62,903 nt of DNA, filler included, from Octopus bimaculoides (GCF_001194135.2; 7 parts of 7 records of this genome joined end to end with filler, not necessarily neighbours in it), one strand, 5' to 3'. Positions 1-14,358 are shown, numbered from the whole stretch's first letter. The notes: a model not told the origin generated them from the letters alone. Translations and numbers: made by a program.

Positions 1-270
1 CGTACACATACATATATACACACACACATGCATACGTACACATACATATACACACACACATGCATACGTACACACATACATATATACACACACACCCACA
101 CATATATATACACGCACACACACATATATATATACATACACGCACACACCACACACACATACATATATATACATATACACACACACACACACACATACAT
201 ATATATACATATACACACACACACATACATATATATACATATACACACACACATACATATATATACATAT

Positions 271-315
<45 letters not shown>

Positions 316-330
316 TACGTATACACATAA
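1..330. repeat. Compound (CA)n/(TA)n microsatellite, representative of dozens of such tracts (e.g. 13210-13600, 18580-19390, 19880-20120, 54570-55600, 62490-62903)
   Basis: Direct inspection; explains the YI/HT/CV-rich ORFs in the track. Confidence 0.95.
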
Positions 331-942
331 ATATATGTTTGCCTGGATATATTATATGGATGTGTGATATATGTGTTTATGTGAGAGTGCATGTGTGTCT
401 GGATGTGTGTGTGCGTGTGTATGTTGCTATGTAAGTGCTTATTGATATACTTAAGTACATATATGTGCCTGCGTATTCTAAACGCATACATACTAAATCG
501 ATCTTGATTTTTTTTTTTTTTTTACTTGGTGTCAAATCTAAATATAAATATATATTTTTCGTACATCCCATTATTTCTCTCTTAAGATAGAAAATAGAAG
601 GTAGGGCGAACTATTGTGAGTGTGTGTGTGTTTGTTTCCAGGTGCCCAATATCGACACAAATAATCAATAATTCTTAACATGATTGTTGTAATAATAGTA
701 TTAGTAGTTTACAAGAGTAACGGTAAAGTTGCTTGTCGCAAGCATTTCGGAGGAAAAGCATTGCCAGTCTTTTATGGCCTTTTCCTCGTATTGAACTTCA
801 AATAGAAAGAAGAAATGATTCCGTTTCCGCAGTCGACTATTCCATAAGAGTACATATGCTTCGTAATGAATAAATAAATCTTCATTATATGCATCTTCCT
901 CGTCTGAACGTGTTGGCTCTGCGTGCCAACCTGTGCATACGC

Positions 943-974
<32 letters not shown>

Positions 975-984
975 NNNNNNNNNN

Positions 985-1033
<49 letters not shown>

Positions 1034-4000
1034 CATACACTAGTAAGAATGCAAATATGATATTCCTATAAACCCGTTTTTTTTTTAGAAGGAACTGGAA
1101 AAAAGATCTCATGCTCTTTATACTGAGCAATGCAAATAGATTCACTCAGATATTGTAGTATGATGTTGCGACTTTCATTCCTGTTTTCAAGGCATTAGCC
1201 ATGTAAATCGATTACTGTTATGTTTATGTCTACACCCAGATAATCATACAGGTCGCGCACGCACACACACACACACACACACATGCGTACGCACAAACAC
1301 CGCATATGTACAGAAGCGATAGAGAGACCGAAAGAAAGATGAATGAATCAAATGACAGGAATTTCGTTGACTGTCATAGAGATGTCAACCAGTTGTATTG
1401 CAGCTGAAGGATGGCTGAGACTTCTAATATGGACAGATTCGTGCTCGGAACTCCAAGCTATCTAACTAGTTCGATGCTCCACTTCCAATGCACTCTCTGT
1501 CTCCCTCTCTCTCTCTCTCTCCTGCCGTATATACCCTACAAAAAGACCTGAGACAGACAAAAGATGAGGGGTGAGTTCAATGCCTTGTGAGGATAGATGT
1601 GCATTGATAAAATATGAACTCACGTCTCTCCAGTTCGGAGAACAGTGTTAACGGAAGCTTCATTTGAAACCAGAACGACTGATCTTCAAAGTGTCCTCAA
1701 TTCACTAGTGAATTGAGGACACTTTAGACAGCCCATTTTTCAATAAACTGATACATTAACATAATTTGCTAATTACACTGAAATGATTTACTGATTAATT
1801 TACTTCTACAAGGATGCTAAAACCAAAATGATACGTTCGCTTTAGTAAAGAAAAAAAATTATCAATTGAAATGAGATGAGACATTCACCCTCCACAAATA
1901 CACACGTGATATGCCCCTCCCGCTTCCTCGTTGTCTGGACACATTGTAGAAACCACTCAACCGTGGTCTCGACAAAATACGGCGCCCCCAATCACACTTC
2001 ATGTGAACAATCAATGAATCTTTCGGGTGGGAGGAAGCAGTCAGTCACGTGCAAATGAAACAAGGGAGCGATCTACTAGAAACACCAGCCAAATCGCACC
2101 CCCACCAAACACAAACTCTTGAACAAATAATACATTGAATAATGTTAGTCCTTAATATACAAAACATCTCAGATCATAAGTCTACTCATTCAGAAAATAC
2201 CTAGGGCTAAACAACAAACTACACCCAAATAGGAAGCAACTAGAACTGATCGATTTGCAAGAAATATCTACATCTGCTTCAAAACTCTAGCGTCTTAAGA
2301 AAAGGCCACATTGAATAGCGTAGTCCTACACTATATTTGAAAAGAAAATGACTGAATAGTTATAGCTAAAATGTTTTTGATCAGATCTGACCCAGTGTTT
2401 AACAACAATAAACTGACAGCGCACGCTCACATTTTTATCTGGAACAGTTCTGTTGTTGTTTGAATATGATAACCCAAAGGAGCTGCACTTCTCCTTTAGT
2501 CTAAGGGAATCATGTGAGTGAGAGATGCTTAAATGATGCTTTTTAAAAGAATTTCTTTCCCTTTCTTTATTTTATTTCAAACCACCACTTCGATCAGTTC
2601 CTAAGAAAGATCCACTCCTCCTAACCTCTATCTTGTTTCTCTAGAGACGAATGCAGTGGGCTTAGTTGCGCGTAGAAGGGCATAACAGTAACTGCATTTT
2701 AATAATCATGTGGAATTCAAGCAGTTGCCAATCAGATAACAGAATGATGCTGTGGTATGCAGCGATCGAGCATTAGAAACAAGAAATAACGTCGGGCCAC
2801 AGCACTTCCTCTCTCTCTCTCTCTCTTCTTTCTCCCTTTCTACGCGTCACATGGAGAGAAGCATGCCGAGTTAGTCACTCCTTCCTCCCCGACACATACA
2901 TACATACACCACATACCACTATTACTATCATAGGAACACAGCGGCGACGGCGGTAGCGACAAAAGACTAATCTACTGCAGTTCAAAGACAATAATAATGG
3001 CACTGTAGTGTATGTGTTGTGACAGGGACAAAACTGAGCTGGTTCGTATTTGGAGTATCTGTCTGTATGTTCGATGGCATATATAAACAAACGTACATAT
3101 ATATATGCATGCGCATATAAACATATATACATATAAACATATATACATACACACATTCATATATATACATACACAATATACTTTTATACACATATGTATA
3201 TACACAGACACAGGCAAATATTTTGTGCGCGCACGCGCCTATGGTTACATGTGTGTGAGAATTATGTTTGTATACGAACGGAGAATATTGAAAGAGAAAC
3301 TAAAAGGCATGAAAAAAAAAGTGGATTTGTGAATGAGAGAAGAGAATAAGAGAGGGGGCGAAATGGCGAGAGAGAAGACAGAAGAATAACATAAAAAGAG
3401 TTAGCATCAGTCAAGAGAGAGAGAGAGAGTGCGTGTGTGTGTAATTAAAAAAAGGCGGCTGCAATGAGAAGCCAACTACAGAAGCCGAACTTGGACGACC
3501 ACTGATTTATTATCTTTAATCATTTCTTTAAACGAATAACAAAAGATAAGAGATTAAAGAACGTTATCAGATCAGCTAAGGTGTTTTATAAATAAACTGA
3601 GAAGCAAGAATACGTTGGAAACAATTATAATCTAGAGGAAAATGTTCGATTGATATATATAACGTGATAGATACTGTTAGGAAAAATACATGCACGCGTC
3701 TGTGTGTATGTTTAAGCCATTGTGTGTAGTTAAACACGCTCAAATGCGAGCAACACAAGAATAGAGAAATAGAACTAGCAAAAAGGGTGAGAGGAAAGAA
3801 AATGAAAGAGAAATGTGTTGCCGGCGATATCATGAAATAAATAATACATCAACAAAGGTCGTACCGACCACGTGAGGCGGACAAGAGCATTCACACTAAA
3901 TATTTACGAAGTAAACTCATGCTAAAAATATGTACTTTTCCAATTTTTTCTTTTCTTTATATTTCTGCAAGTCATAACGAAAGATCACCATATGCTTTTT

Positions 4001-6739
4001 ATGTTCTGTGTGTATGTGTGTGTGCATTTTTATCACGCAGTTTTCTAAAACTTCTCAGAATACTGAAGGCACGGAGAGAGAAGCTAATGTATGTTTATGT
4101 TGTGTATTAAACCAGTTTTTTTTCCTAAAGAAAGATTTTCCCCAACACCCAAAAAACATTTGTTAAATATAATTAGTCCAATTTAGTAGGAGTATCACTG
4201 CAGAAACTCCTGATTTTTATAGAACCACAAAGTATCGGGAGGTGGGGTCAAATGGGATTATGTGACGTTCATGGCTTTCTCGGTGATGAAGGGTATCAAC
4301 GGCACAGTGAATAGTGGATGCAACTGGAAATCAAAATATAATTGAAGATCCAGCTACGCAGGAATAATAAACGACTATTTTGTCCTTCATTGCTTCTGTG
4401 TAGAAGGCGTAAGGTGGTTCAGACAAGGAAGAAAAGTAGCAATATAGTCAACCTCATTATTTTACAGGTATTATTTTATCTACACCCACATATATTTGGA
4501 GGATGAAAAGGAACGATCAACTATGAATTGCAACACTTCACTTATTTTCTATGCACCAACAGAAAGTAGACCTCCACCGGTCTGACTAGCACAATAAAAA
4601 AAATCAATGTGGTTGGAGAAGGCGTTTATTTCCAAAAGTTTGTGAAATACGCGTTTTAATCACGAGAAGAGTAACAATATTCAATAGCAACATAAAAAAT
4701 GTTTAGCATATAAATATGTATGCTCATGTCTAGACAAGTAACTATATAGAAGTATACAGTCTGCACACATACTAACACCAAATACTTGTAAATACTTTCA
4801 TGCACAACTACCCTGTTGGTGTAGTTGAAATTCCACTGAAGGAGCCTTGGATCTAGGTTACAAACGGGCTATTTCTCCATTGAGAAATCGAGAAATTAAA
4901 CTAAATAATAGCATACACACATGCATGCATACATATGTTCTTGAAATAATGTTCGTGAATGGAAAAGAATTTCTTGCTAAGATAAAATGAAGGAAAATTA
5001 ACACACATGTTGGACTAGAAATACAGCAGATCGATGTCTTGCTCTCCCGAAACATGTTTTCAAGATGAACTGAAACAAGAGTAGATAATGGATATTCCAC
5101 TATGGTTGAGTTCAGTGTGTGTGGGTGCACGTACATGAGAGAGAGAGAGATAGTCAGTCTGAGTTCTGAAGAAAAAGAGAGAAAGAGTTAAAAGTTCTAT
5201 TTATATAGCCAGTGTATAATGGAAAGTTGCTGTTCTTTCAATGATAAAAAAAAAACCTCATTGAAAAATAGTGAAGGGCTAAAACTATACTTGGTTGCAC
5301 AAGGAATTCTACATTAGCTCTTTGTAGATTGCTAAGAAGCCAGAATTGCAAAACCTCACAGCAAGAGAAAACCAAATGATACAAATATTCAAGAGTGAAT
5401 GTTAACAGTTGGCAAAAGGACTGATAAAAACAAACAAAGAATGCATACACAACACATCAGTGGTGTGTGTATGACGTTTATACAAGATGCAAATGAATCT
5501 GCATAATGTGTACTTTTGTACAAATGAGTATCTCGAGAGTGAATAAGCACTGATATAGTGTTTTGGTATACATGCAAATAAATGTTTTGTATTCAGTCAT
5601 CATCTGTCCTCCAGTGAAAACCGAGTTGCTTCACAAAGTGAAGCATTTTGTTATAGAGTTCTGCACTGTAAACTGCAGCTTTGAAAAAATGATGAGCTAA
5701 TAAGCAGTTTAATTTCCTGTATTCTTGAGGTCACACCAAGAACACATCTGCCGACTATCTGGGCAGTCAATAGAAGCAATGCCTGGACTGATGTGCCATA
5801 GCTAGTCTAACGTCTTAACTAATGGGCAACAGACCTTAACGACTTACAGATACTCATCATTATAGCATTTTGTCTCAGTCGCTGGTCAGTCCAAAAAGTG
5901 GAAACTTTTATGTCTGGTTGGTATACTGGTGTCATTCACATTACCGTGGTGATAATAGAAAATAAATTTGAAAAATTTTATAGTCGTTATCAGAAAAAAG
6001 AAACTGATCAAACACCAGGATCACCAATATAGAAAGTACAGCTGCGGGAGACAACAAAATATATATACAAGTTCTCTTTTATTTTCTATGCAAGTCAACT
6101 TCTAGCAGCCTAAGTGATGATAAATCAATGTGGTTAAATGGCATGTTTATTTCCAAAAGTTTGTAAAGCACAGCTCTGAATGATATAGTCATCTCACAGA
6201 GATAAGTAACAATTTCCAATTACAACACCAATTAAAAAGGGAAAAGAAAATCAGGTTTAAGTTAAACATATAATAGTGATGTATGTTTTTAAAACATTTC
6301 TTTTGTGAATGGAAAATATTGCCATGATAAAAATTCAAAAATTAACTGTGTATGTGTGGTCAATAACTTGATGGAATAAAAATACAGCAAATTGGTATCT
6401 TATGCATCTCGCATTAAGACCAAGTGAAATGAGCCCCCAAGAATAACGGGAGGAAGTTAATTTCAAGCCAGAGACCTGGCCGGCAACAGAGTGGAGTCCA
6501 CTAACAGTAGGTGGTGTTACTAAAACCGACTGATTAAGTTTACCACCAAAGTAGGCCATGACAAAATTTGAACTCGGAGAACAAAGGTTTGAAACAAATG
6601 CAACCAGGCATTGTATCCGATGCTTTAAATTAGACTGGGCCAATTTACAATTTGGCAGCAGCAAGAAGGACGTTTGGTATTAAATCCAATCGTATTTTGC
6701 AGGGTGTCCTGGTTCACCCTATTAGGAGACAAGCCTAGA

Positions 6740-7340
6740 GAAAGGGGCAAAATACTTTGAGGTATATAATAACGATCAGAGTTCAAATCTCGCTATAGTT
6801 GACTTTGCTTTTCATCCTTCCCGAGTCGATAAAATAGATAGGAACCAATCAAGAACTAAAACTGAACACGTTATATTCACAGCGTTTTACTTTTAATTAT
6901 AGATAATCTAATCTTTTATGCATATCTCTCACTCAACATACCAACCTCAATTGTTTACTTTAGTTTAGTCTTTGTAGGGTGGCTTTGTGTTATTTATTTT
7001 ATCGATTCAACAAAGATGAAAGGCAAAGTCGATTTCAAGGTGTTCAACTCCTGCCAAGATCGACTTCGCCTTACATCCTTCTGTAGTTGATAAAATAAAT
7101 TACCATTGGAGTACTAAGGTCGATATAATCAGCTGTTCCTCAGATTCCAAACTTCTGGCCTTGTGTCAATGTCAGAAACTATTATTAAGGTTGCGAGCTG
7201 GCAGAATCGTTAGCACACTGGACAAAATGCTTAGCAGCATTTCATCCGCCTAAGTCGACTTTGCTTTTCATCCTTTCGGAGTCGATGAAATAAGTACCAG
7301 TTGAGCACTGGGGTCGATGTAATCGACTAGTCCCCTGTTG
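6740..7340. mobile_element. Cluster of SINE family A fragments in both orientations (+ ~6740-6840, - ~6975-7045, + ~7046-7186, + 7187-7335)
   Basis: Recurrent central domain on both strands; full head at 7187. Confidence 0.75.
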
Positions 7341-7584
7341 TTATTATAACAATGAAGTAACAGTAACGGTATGAAGAAGACATTGCCTCGCGATTTTGAG
7401 TTGCAGTCTAAGTTCAAATCCTTTCTTGAGCAGATAAAAATGTTACTGTAACCGTCTCTTAAAATGTATCTATGTTAAAAATCATTATTTCTAAGAAATA
7501 AACATTAACTCACCGGTAATATATGTATCCAGTAGTTGACTATATCCCTCCAGTAACAACGAAATATCTATATGGTCGATCTAC

Positions 7585-8165
7585 ATAATAGAAAATGCGG
7601 CCAAATCTCCCAAAACCACATCTTAAAAAGAAAACACTTTGGATGATGTATAGTCATAGACGTATAATGTCTAAAAGAAAAACCGATACAGTAGTCACAG
7701 TTGGAGCGTCTCAAACACATAAATCTGTTTGATCAGCGCGAACCAGGGTTAAACAACTTCACAGCTGTCAAAAGCTCGCTTCCTAACAGCATGGTTTATT
7801 GTTGATAACCATGTTGTTAACCCTCAGTGCATCTCCGACTGAATACACCTATGATCAAAAGCATTATAGCTGTGACCATCCAGTTTTTATTTTTTTCTTC
7901 AGTGCTTCAAATTTATTTAGAACTACATTATCTTACTTGTCCGATTTTTTTTATGTGTTGTGAGTTGAGGAAGGTTATTTTGGCTGCTATTTTTAGCTGT
8001 TATTGTTGTTTAGCCTAATTGTAAAGACCCTATAATGAAAGCTGCTCTAAGTCATGACCATCCCGTTATTTTAACAGTATGTATTAGGACCGTGTTATTT
8101 AATTTGTCTCTTATTTAAGGAAGTAAGAGGTGTGGTTTGGGAGAGATTTGGCTGCTACAGCTAGC
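7585..8165. repeat. Interspersed family D (GCAGCCAAATCTCCC...GGACACATTGGATAAT-like), + copy 7585-7760 and - copies 7805-8165; further copies at ~2262-2425 and ~8980-9125
   Basis: Shared GC(A/G)GCCAAAT(C/T)TCCC, TCTTAAAAA..AGG.CAC, TGTGACCATCC and TTTGATCAG segments on both strands. Confidence 0.6.
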
Positions 8166-8466
8166 ATGCCGAGCCTCCACACGATGTTTCCAAACAAAAC
8201 AACACCGGACGGCTACCGCTGCCTCCAGGTAAAACAACAATATTTCACAGCTGAGCGAGGAGAAAATAGAGCGAAATTGGTTTTGTAGTTGTTCTATTTA
8301 TGAAGAAGGGTTGTAACGATCAGATTCATTGGTGCTTATTTGTTGACAAGGAAATATTCATTCATCTTATGGATTTAAACTGAGAGGTCGATATAACGAA
8401 ATAATCAGAACATCAGAGAAGAAATTATAAATTTTATCATAACATGGTCTCGTTTAAATGGACTTT

Positions 8467-8508
<42 letters not shown>

Positions 8509-9299
8509 CACACTGTTATTTGTAATGACGATAACGGCTAGCGTCGATCATAATTACAGCAATGATTCGTATCGATCATAATTACAGAAATGGTTCGTAC
8601 TGATCAGAATAACAACTATAACTGATTTCACTGTAGTCTAGAAAGGTCTGTGTTCGTGGGATTCTGCAGGTCCTCTGAGACCGGCGAGACCGACACGGTT
8701 TATAAGTTGATCAAAAAACAGAGACGAGTCAACGAGGGAGCCTCTATGCCAGTGGTACACAAGCTGACAAATTTTAGTCAACACACACGCACAAAATTCC
8801 CTTCGTCACTTTATTTATGAAAGGGTAGAATAGAGTTTGCATCCAAATCCCCCTTTTTTGGCTATAGTGTTGGAACAGTTAAAATGTTTAAAAACATTTT
8901 CATTTTATTAAGCACAGCAAATTTGTCCCCATACACGCAGCCCCTTACCTGTAAGACACACTACGTGATCGCACTATCCGCCAGAAATGGCAGCCAAATT
9001 TCCCTACTCCATCGTCTTCATAAAAAAGGCCATATTGAATAATCTGGCTCTATGCCAGAAAAAAAGACCGTGATACTCACAGCTTTGACGCCTTTTGACC
9101 ATGTTTTATGGGCTCAACAACAAGGATAAGGAAAGGAATTACAGTGAGGGTTTCTGGCTTGAAAGGCCGAATCGGTTATCATGGAAAATATTCATCTATT
9201 GAATTAAAGTAACAGACGTAATGAAATAATTAGAACAAGAGTTTTATCTTGACAGAACATACTTTATATACTTTCTTTTACATGTAATAGAATCCACTG

Positions 9300-9690
9300 C
9301 AGGAAGGAGACAAGAAAATAAGAGATGAGTGGGTGAGAGATGTCTGATTGGAAATGGCGGGAGAGCAGCCAGCTTTGAGAAGAGGCCATCGTAGTAGCGG
9401 TATAAAATGTATACAGAGTCGACAGCACATCTGTGAACCAAAGGATTGAATAATGAGCTGGTGAGCGCCCTGTATTTCAATCAAACGAATGGCCTCTGGA
9501 TGTAGTCTATAGGTTGTTTGCATGTAGAGCAGCAGCATCGCACCAAATGTGGGAGCAACACTTTAGAAGGGATCTCACACGAACTTAGTAGAAGGCTCGT
9601 AGTTGTTGGGGCTGAAGTATTTCCTAATCCCGAAATGAAAGACCAGCCTTTACTGTGTCAAATGTTCGTTGTGTTACCATACATAAAACG
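9300..9690 (-). mobile_element. Decayed CR1/L2-clade LINE 3' fragment (different family from 37.7-38.5 kb)
   Basis: Minus frames VRSLLKCCSHIW, DYIQR-AIRLIE, LVHRCAVDSVYILYRYYDG resemble LEYCSHIW / HRRxVASLxxFYRYY motifs. Confidence 0.65.
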
Positions 9691-11733
9691 GAGACGAAGT
9701 TTTTTTTGTTACTGCAATTTTATTCAGTATTTTATTTTTCTAAATTGCTAAAAAAATAAGTCAGGATCTCCCTAAAATTCACAGCCACCCCTAACGTTTT
9801 ACGAAATAACATAGGCCTACAAGCCGAAAAAACAAGCTTGTCATACCTGGAATGGATTTTATCATTGATCAAAGGTGACTCGGAATTAACATAAGAGCTC
9901 TGTGTCACCGCGCGATTTGTTAGAAACTGCAACCGAATCTCCACAAATAAGGCTGGCCATGGGCGAAACAATATAATAGTGAGGGAATATATTAAGGAAA
10001 CTCGTATGTAAGTCAGTCGCATAGGTCTTTTAATGTAACAGACAAATCTTAGTAAAGAAAGCCTTAATATATTTAAAAGAAAGGTGACATATTGCAAATC
10101 TTGTATCATAAGGTAGGTAGCTTGTTTCAACAATAATAAAGACAGGGTGGCAACAACTAGATACTACATGAACGATTTCCTTGTAGTTACACGCCCATTC
10201 AAGTAAAACGAACAATTAAATAATAAATAAGGAGAGCCTTTTCAGTGGGTTTCAAACCTATTCTAAAATTTTTACAAAGGAATCTTTTTAGTTTTTTTTT
10301 GCTGATAGGGGTAACTCTGAAGATGTGCTTTTAGAGATATTAGTAGCAGTATCACCATTTCGACTGTGTCTAAATATGAAGATCCATTTAACTAAAAACT
10401 GTATTGACAATTACCTTCACTGATAATATCACTGAAGGTAATCAGAATAAAGAAACAATTTTAATTGCAAGAATTAATAATAACTACAACATTAATGTAG
10501 AAATCGCAACCACAGTATTAATATAGAAACAGCAATTTGAAACTTATCGCAATACTGTTATTAATATATCATAATATTAATATAACCACTGTATTAATGT
10601 AGAAACTGTATTCAGAATATATTGGTTATTATAGTAAAATTAATGTCTAGGTATAGTAATCATATAAATAAAGAAAAAAAGTAGAAGTAGTAGTATTCGT
10701 AGGAAAATGGTATCAGTAATATTAAATGTAATACTAAACCCAATACCCCAATACTAATCGAAATAATATTAATCTTAACAACAGGTCCTATTTATTGATC
10801 AAACTATCGATATTGGAGGTACTAACGGGAAACAACTTGCGCAAAACTATAAAAATGAGTTCTTAATTTTGAAGGACAGTCGTTAATTAGCACAGTATGG
10901 ATAATTAAGGAAGCTTATCAAAGAAAAGAAATTAAGAATATTCGCCAAATAAAAGTTGTATTGATCGATCGGCAAGTAAGAACTTTGGCATTTGCGAGAC
11001 TAGAACTACCTGCAATGACGGGAGTGGGTAGGGAGAAAGCGGTGCTGAAAAATTTAAGAATGTCTTTACAGCCAGGAAACAGAGAATAGGTTTTACATAC
11101 TCATTCGCTCCACCTCTTCCTAAATAAATTTATAGAAATCATACCTGTACTTTCGAGTTTGAGTCTGTTTGGAGAGTGAGAGTGAGTGCGATTATATTAC
11201 GAAAACGTTTGTTTTTCTTTTCCTGTTTCTATTTGAAAAAAAAAAAAAAAGGAAATCCACTGCCTGAGAGATCGGATTTAATTTATGAATAAATTCAACT
11301 GTTAATTGTCTATTTCCCATAAACACATTTTACTTCTGGATTACTGTTCAAGGACAACAACCGTAATAAAGACCAACAGACCTGTCTTAAGATATTACGG
11401 CTTCGCATATAGCATTGACCGCTTTTTTTTTTTCCACTATACACACAGAGGACAAGTGCAAACAAATGGAATTTTCTAAATCACATCGAACACTCAGATC
11501 TACAGCAAGATAAGATCGAAAAAGAACCATTAAATCTTACACACACATTTGCTCATATAGTAGAACAGAAGTAGAACTCAGCAACAGAATATATATATTT
11601 TTTCTTCTATTTGGCAATCAGTAGGGATTTACAAGAATTTCGTGTATGTTGCTTATAACGAATTATGCGTGAAAGTTTCAGCCCTTTTGTAATTATGTGC
11701 CCGCATACATGCATACATTATATATATATATAT

Positions 11734-11764
<31 letters not shown>

Positions 11765-11980
11765 TGGGTTTCAGCCAAGTGGCTGTGGTCATGCTGGAGC
11801 ACCACCGTGATTTTCTGTCTTTATGCTTTGTTCTCTTCACGTTCCTTGCATGGTTCTTCTCCTGCACCTGATATAGTCCAATCAAGATTTTTGATGGCAC
11901 ATCTGGTGTATAAGAGAATTTGACATCGCTGCCCTAAACTGTGTCTCATTTCGAGCCATTGGTTCGTCTGGTATCGTGGA

Positions 11981-12080
11981 NNNNNNNNNNNNNNNNNNNN
12001 NNNNNNNNNNNNNNNNNNNNNNNNTTAATTAATTAANNNNNNNNNNNNNNNNNNNNNNNNNNNNNNNNNNNNNNNNNNNN
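11981..12080. other. Assembly linker N44-TTAATTAATTAA-N44 (artefact)
   Basis: Exactly 100 bp; palindromic 12-mer with stops in all six frames; six identical instances. Confidence 0.95.
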
Positions 12081-12545
12081 GTGGTGGTGGTGGTGGTGAT
12101 GGCTGCGGCGGTGGCGGCGGCGGCGAAGGTGGTGGTAGTGGTGGTTTTTGTACCAGCTAAGATCGAAGGGGTTGTTGCTATTGACATCGTGGTGACGTTG
12201 AGGGCAACGGTGGTGGTGCTGAGACTAGCAGAGACGGTTGGTAATAGTAGCAGTCGTAGCAATAGTGATGGCACGGCCGATGGTGTTGGTGTTGGTGTTG
12301 GTGCTGGTGTTGGTACTGTTGATGGGCGAAAGTCGAGGTTCGAGGTTAGGTGAGGGGGCAGACAGACAGACAGACAGACGGTATATGGTATCGGTTGAAA
12401 GAAGCCAATAAATAAACGATGGCGCTTTTCAAAGAACCACTACGTTAATGAGTTTGTGCAGGGTTAATATGCTACAATGAAAATGCACTTAGAACGTTGA
12501 GTTAATAATTCACTTAGGGCAGCAGATTCTCTCTCTGTCAGTCTC

Positions 12546-12579
<34 letters not shown>

Positions 12580-12594
12580 AATCTCTCTCTCTCT

Positions 12595-12633
<39 letters not shown>

Positions 12634-13271
12634 TATCTATCTATCTTTCTGTTTATCTATCTCTTTCGCTTTCTCTCTCGTTTGCTTCTCTTTCGGTTTC
12701 CCGCACTCTCCTGTTCTTTCATTACATCCCTCTCGTTCTTTCTCCTTCGTTCTCGTGTTTCCTCTTTCTCTTCAAGAAAATGTAGGTAAGTAACGCTACG
12801 AGAACACAGTGATGTTGAATATTATCAGCCGTTATGGGCAGGCAGCANNNNNNNNNNNNNNNNNNNNNNNNNNNNNNNNNNNNNNNNNNNNNNNNNNNNN
12901 NNNNNNNNNNNNNNNNNNNNNNNNNNNNNNNNNNNNNNNNNNNNNNNNNNNNNNNNNNNNNNNNNNNNNNNNNNNNNNNNNNNNNNNNNNNNNNNNNNNN
13001 NNNNNNNNNNNNNNNNNNNNNNNNNNNNNNNNNNNNNNNNNNNNNNNNNNNNNNNNNNNNNNNNNNNNNNNNNNNNNNNNNNNNNNNNNNNNNNNNNNNN
13101 NNNNNNNNNNNNNNNNNNNNNNNNNNNNNNNNNNNNNNNNNNNNNNNNNNNNNNNNNNNNNNNNNNNNNNNNNNNNNNNNNNNNNNNNNNNNNNNNNNNN
13201 NNNNNNNATATAAAGTTATATATATGTATATATATATAGATATATATATAGATATATATGCATATATATGC

Positions 13272-13302
<31 letters not shown>

Positions 13303-13447
13303 TACATACGTTTGTGTGCGTATGTGTTCAAAATTACATTTCTACGTGTATATATACAAATATATATATACATAAAGGGAGAAAGGGGGAGAAAAAGATA
13401 TATACATATATACATGAATATGAAGGTATATGTATATATAAATATGT

Positions 13448-13561
<114 letters not shown>

Positions 13562-13892
13562 GTGTGTGTTTGTGTGTGTGTTTGTGTGTGTATACACACA
13601 CAGACAGAAAGACAGAGAGAGAGAGGTGTATGAAATGTTAGGTGTTCAAGCTTTTTGCAAATGCACTCTCTTTCAATTTCATTGTGACATCACACGTACG
13701 AACATATGCACATACACCCATTGTCATTCATTCATTAACATACATACATATATACATACAAACACACACATATATCTTCATAAATATTTAAATATGTAAG
13801 CATCAGCAGCAGTACAATGGGGTGAGAGGATGGGGCTGCTGAGAAGAACAGAATGGAGTTAGTGGAGCAAGAACACATACGAAAAGGAAAAG

Positions 13893-13937
13893 TGTCGCTG
13901 AAGAGGTCACAAATGTGTGACGAAAGATTTGCTGACA
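13893..13937 (+). ncRNA. Minimal hammerhead motif (family H2), probably inactive (G at H17), within a ~130 bp repeat (~13865-13995) homologous to the FoxF intron arms
   Basis: TGTCG-CTGAAGA-G-GTCACA-aatg-TGTGAC-GAAA-GATTTG-C(T)GACA with a perfect 6-bp stem II. 13889-13911 is a 23/23 reverse-complement match to 57504-57526. Confidence 0.65.
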
Positions 13938-14358
13938 ATTGACATGGCTTGAAATAATAAAATAAGAAGAGTAATAGCCGAGTGAAGAAAAAATATATAG
14001 TGCATGTGTTTCTTTGGCAACAAAAAAAATGAACATCCCGAAATACAACAGTATATATATATATATAATAAGCAACAAGAATATCCAGAAGTTATTTCTA
14101 TGCTGGAGTGAAGCAGCATGTTCTTTGTCTATCTCCTTACCTTCTTGAAGATTTCAGTTATAATTATACTAATGTGTCCATTTCTTCTAATTTAATTAAA
14201 TTCTATGTCTTTGTGCAGCTGAATGTTGCTCTGCATTCTAAATTGATGTAATGATTGCATTGTTCAATTAAATGGAGTTGCATGAAACGATCGTACTGCA
14301 TTACCTCTGGATATCCACATTTTCTTCTACGCTTACGCGTATATATTTATGTGTTGGT

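Noticed and set aside
12025-12036. TTAATTAATTAA repeated at irregular spacing (CRISPR-like or homeobox array?)
   Set aside because: Always centred in exactly 88 Ns; assembly linker. No CRISPR array or prokaryotic features seen.
12081-12353. GC-rich Val/Ala/Gly ORF (and the Thr-rich antisense ORF)
   Set aside because: Degenerate (GGT)n low-complexity sequence beside a linker; no domain or splice support.
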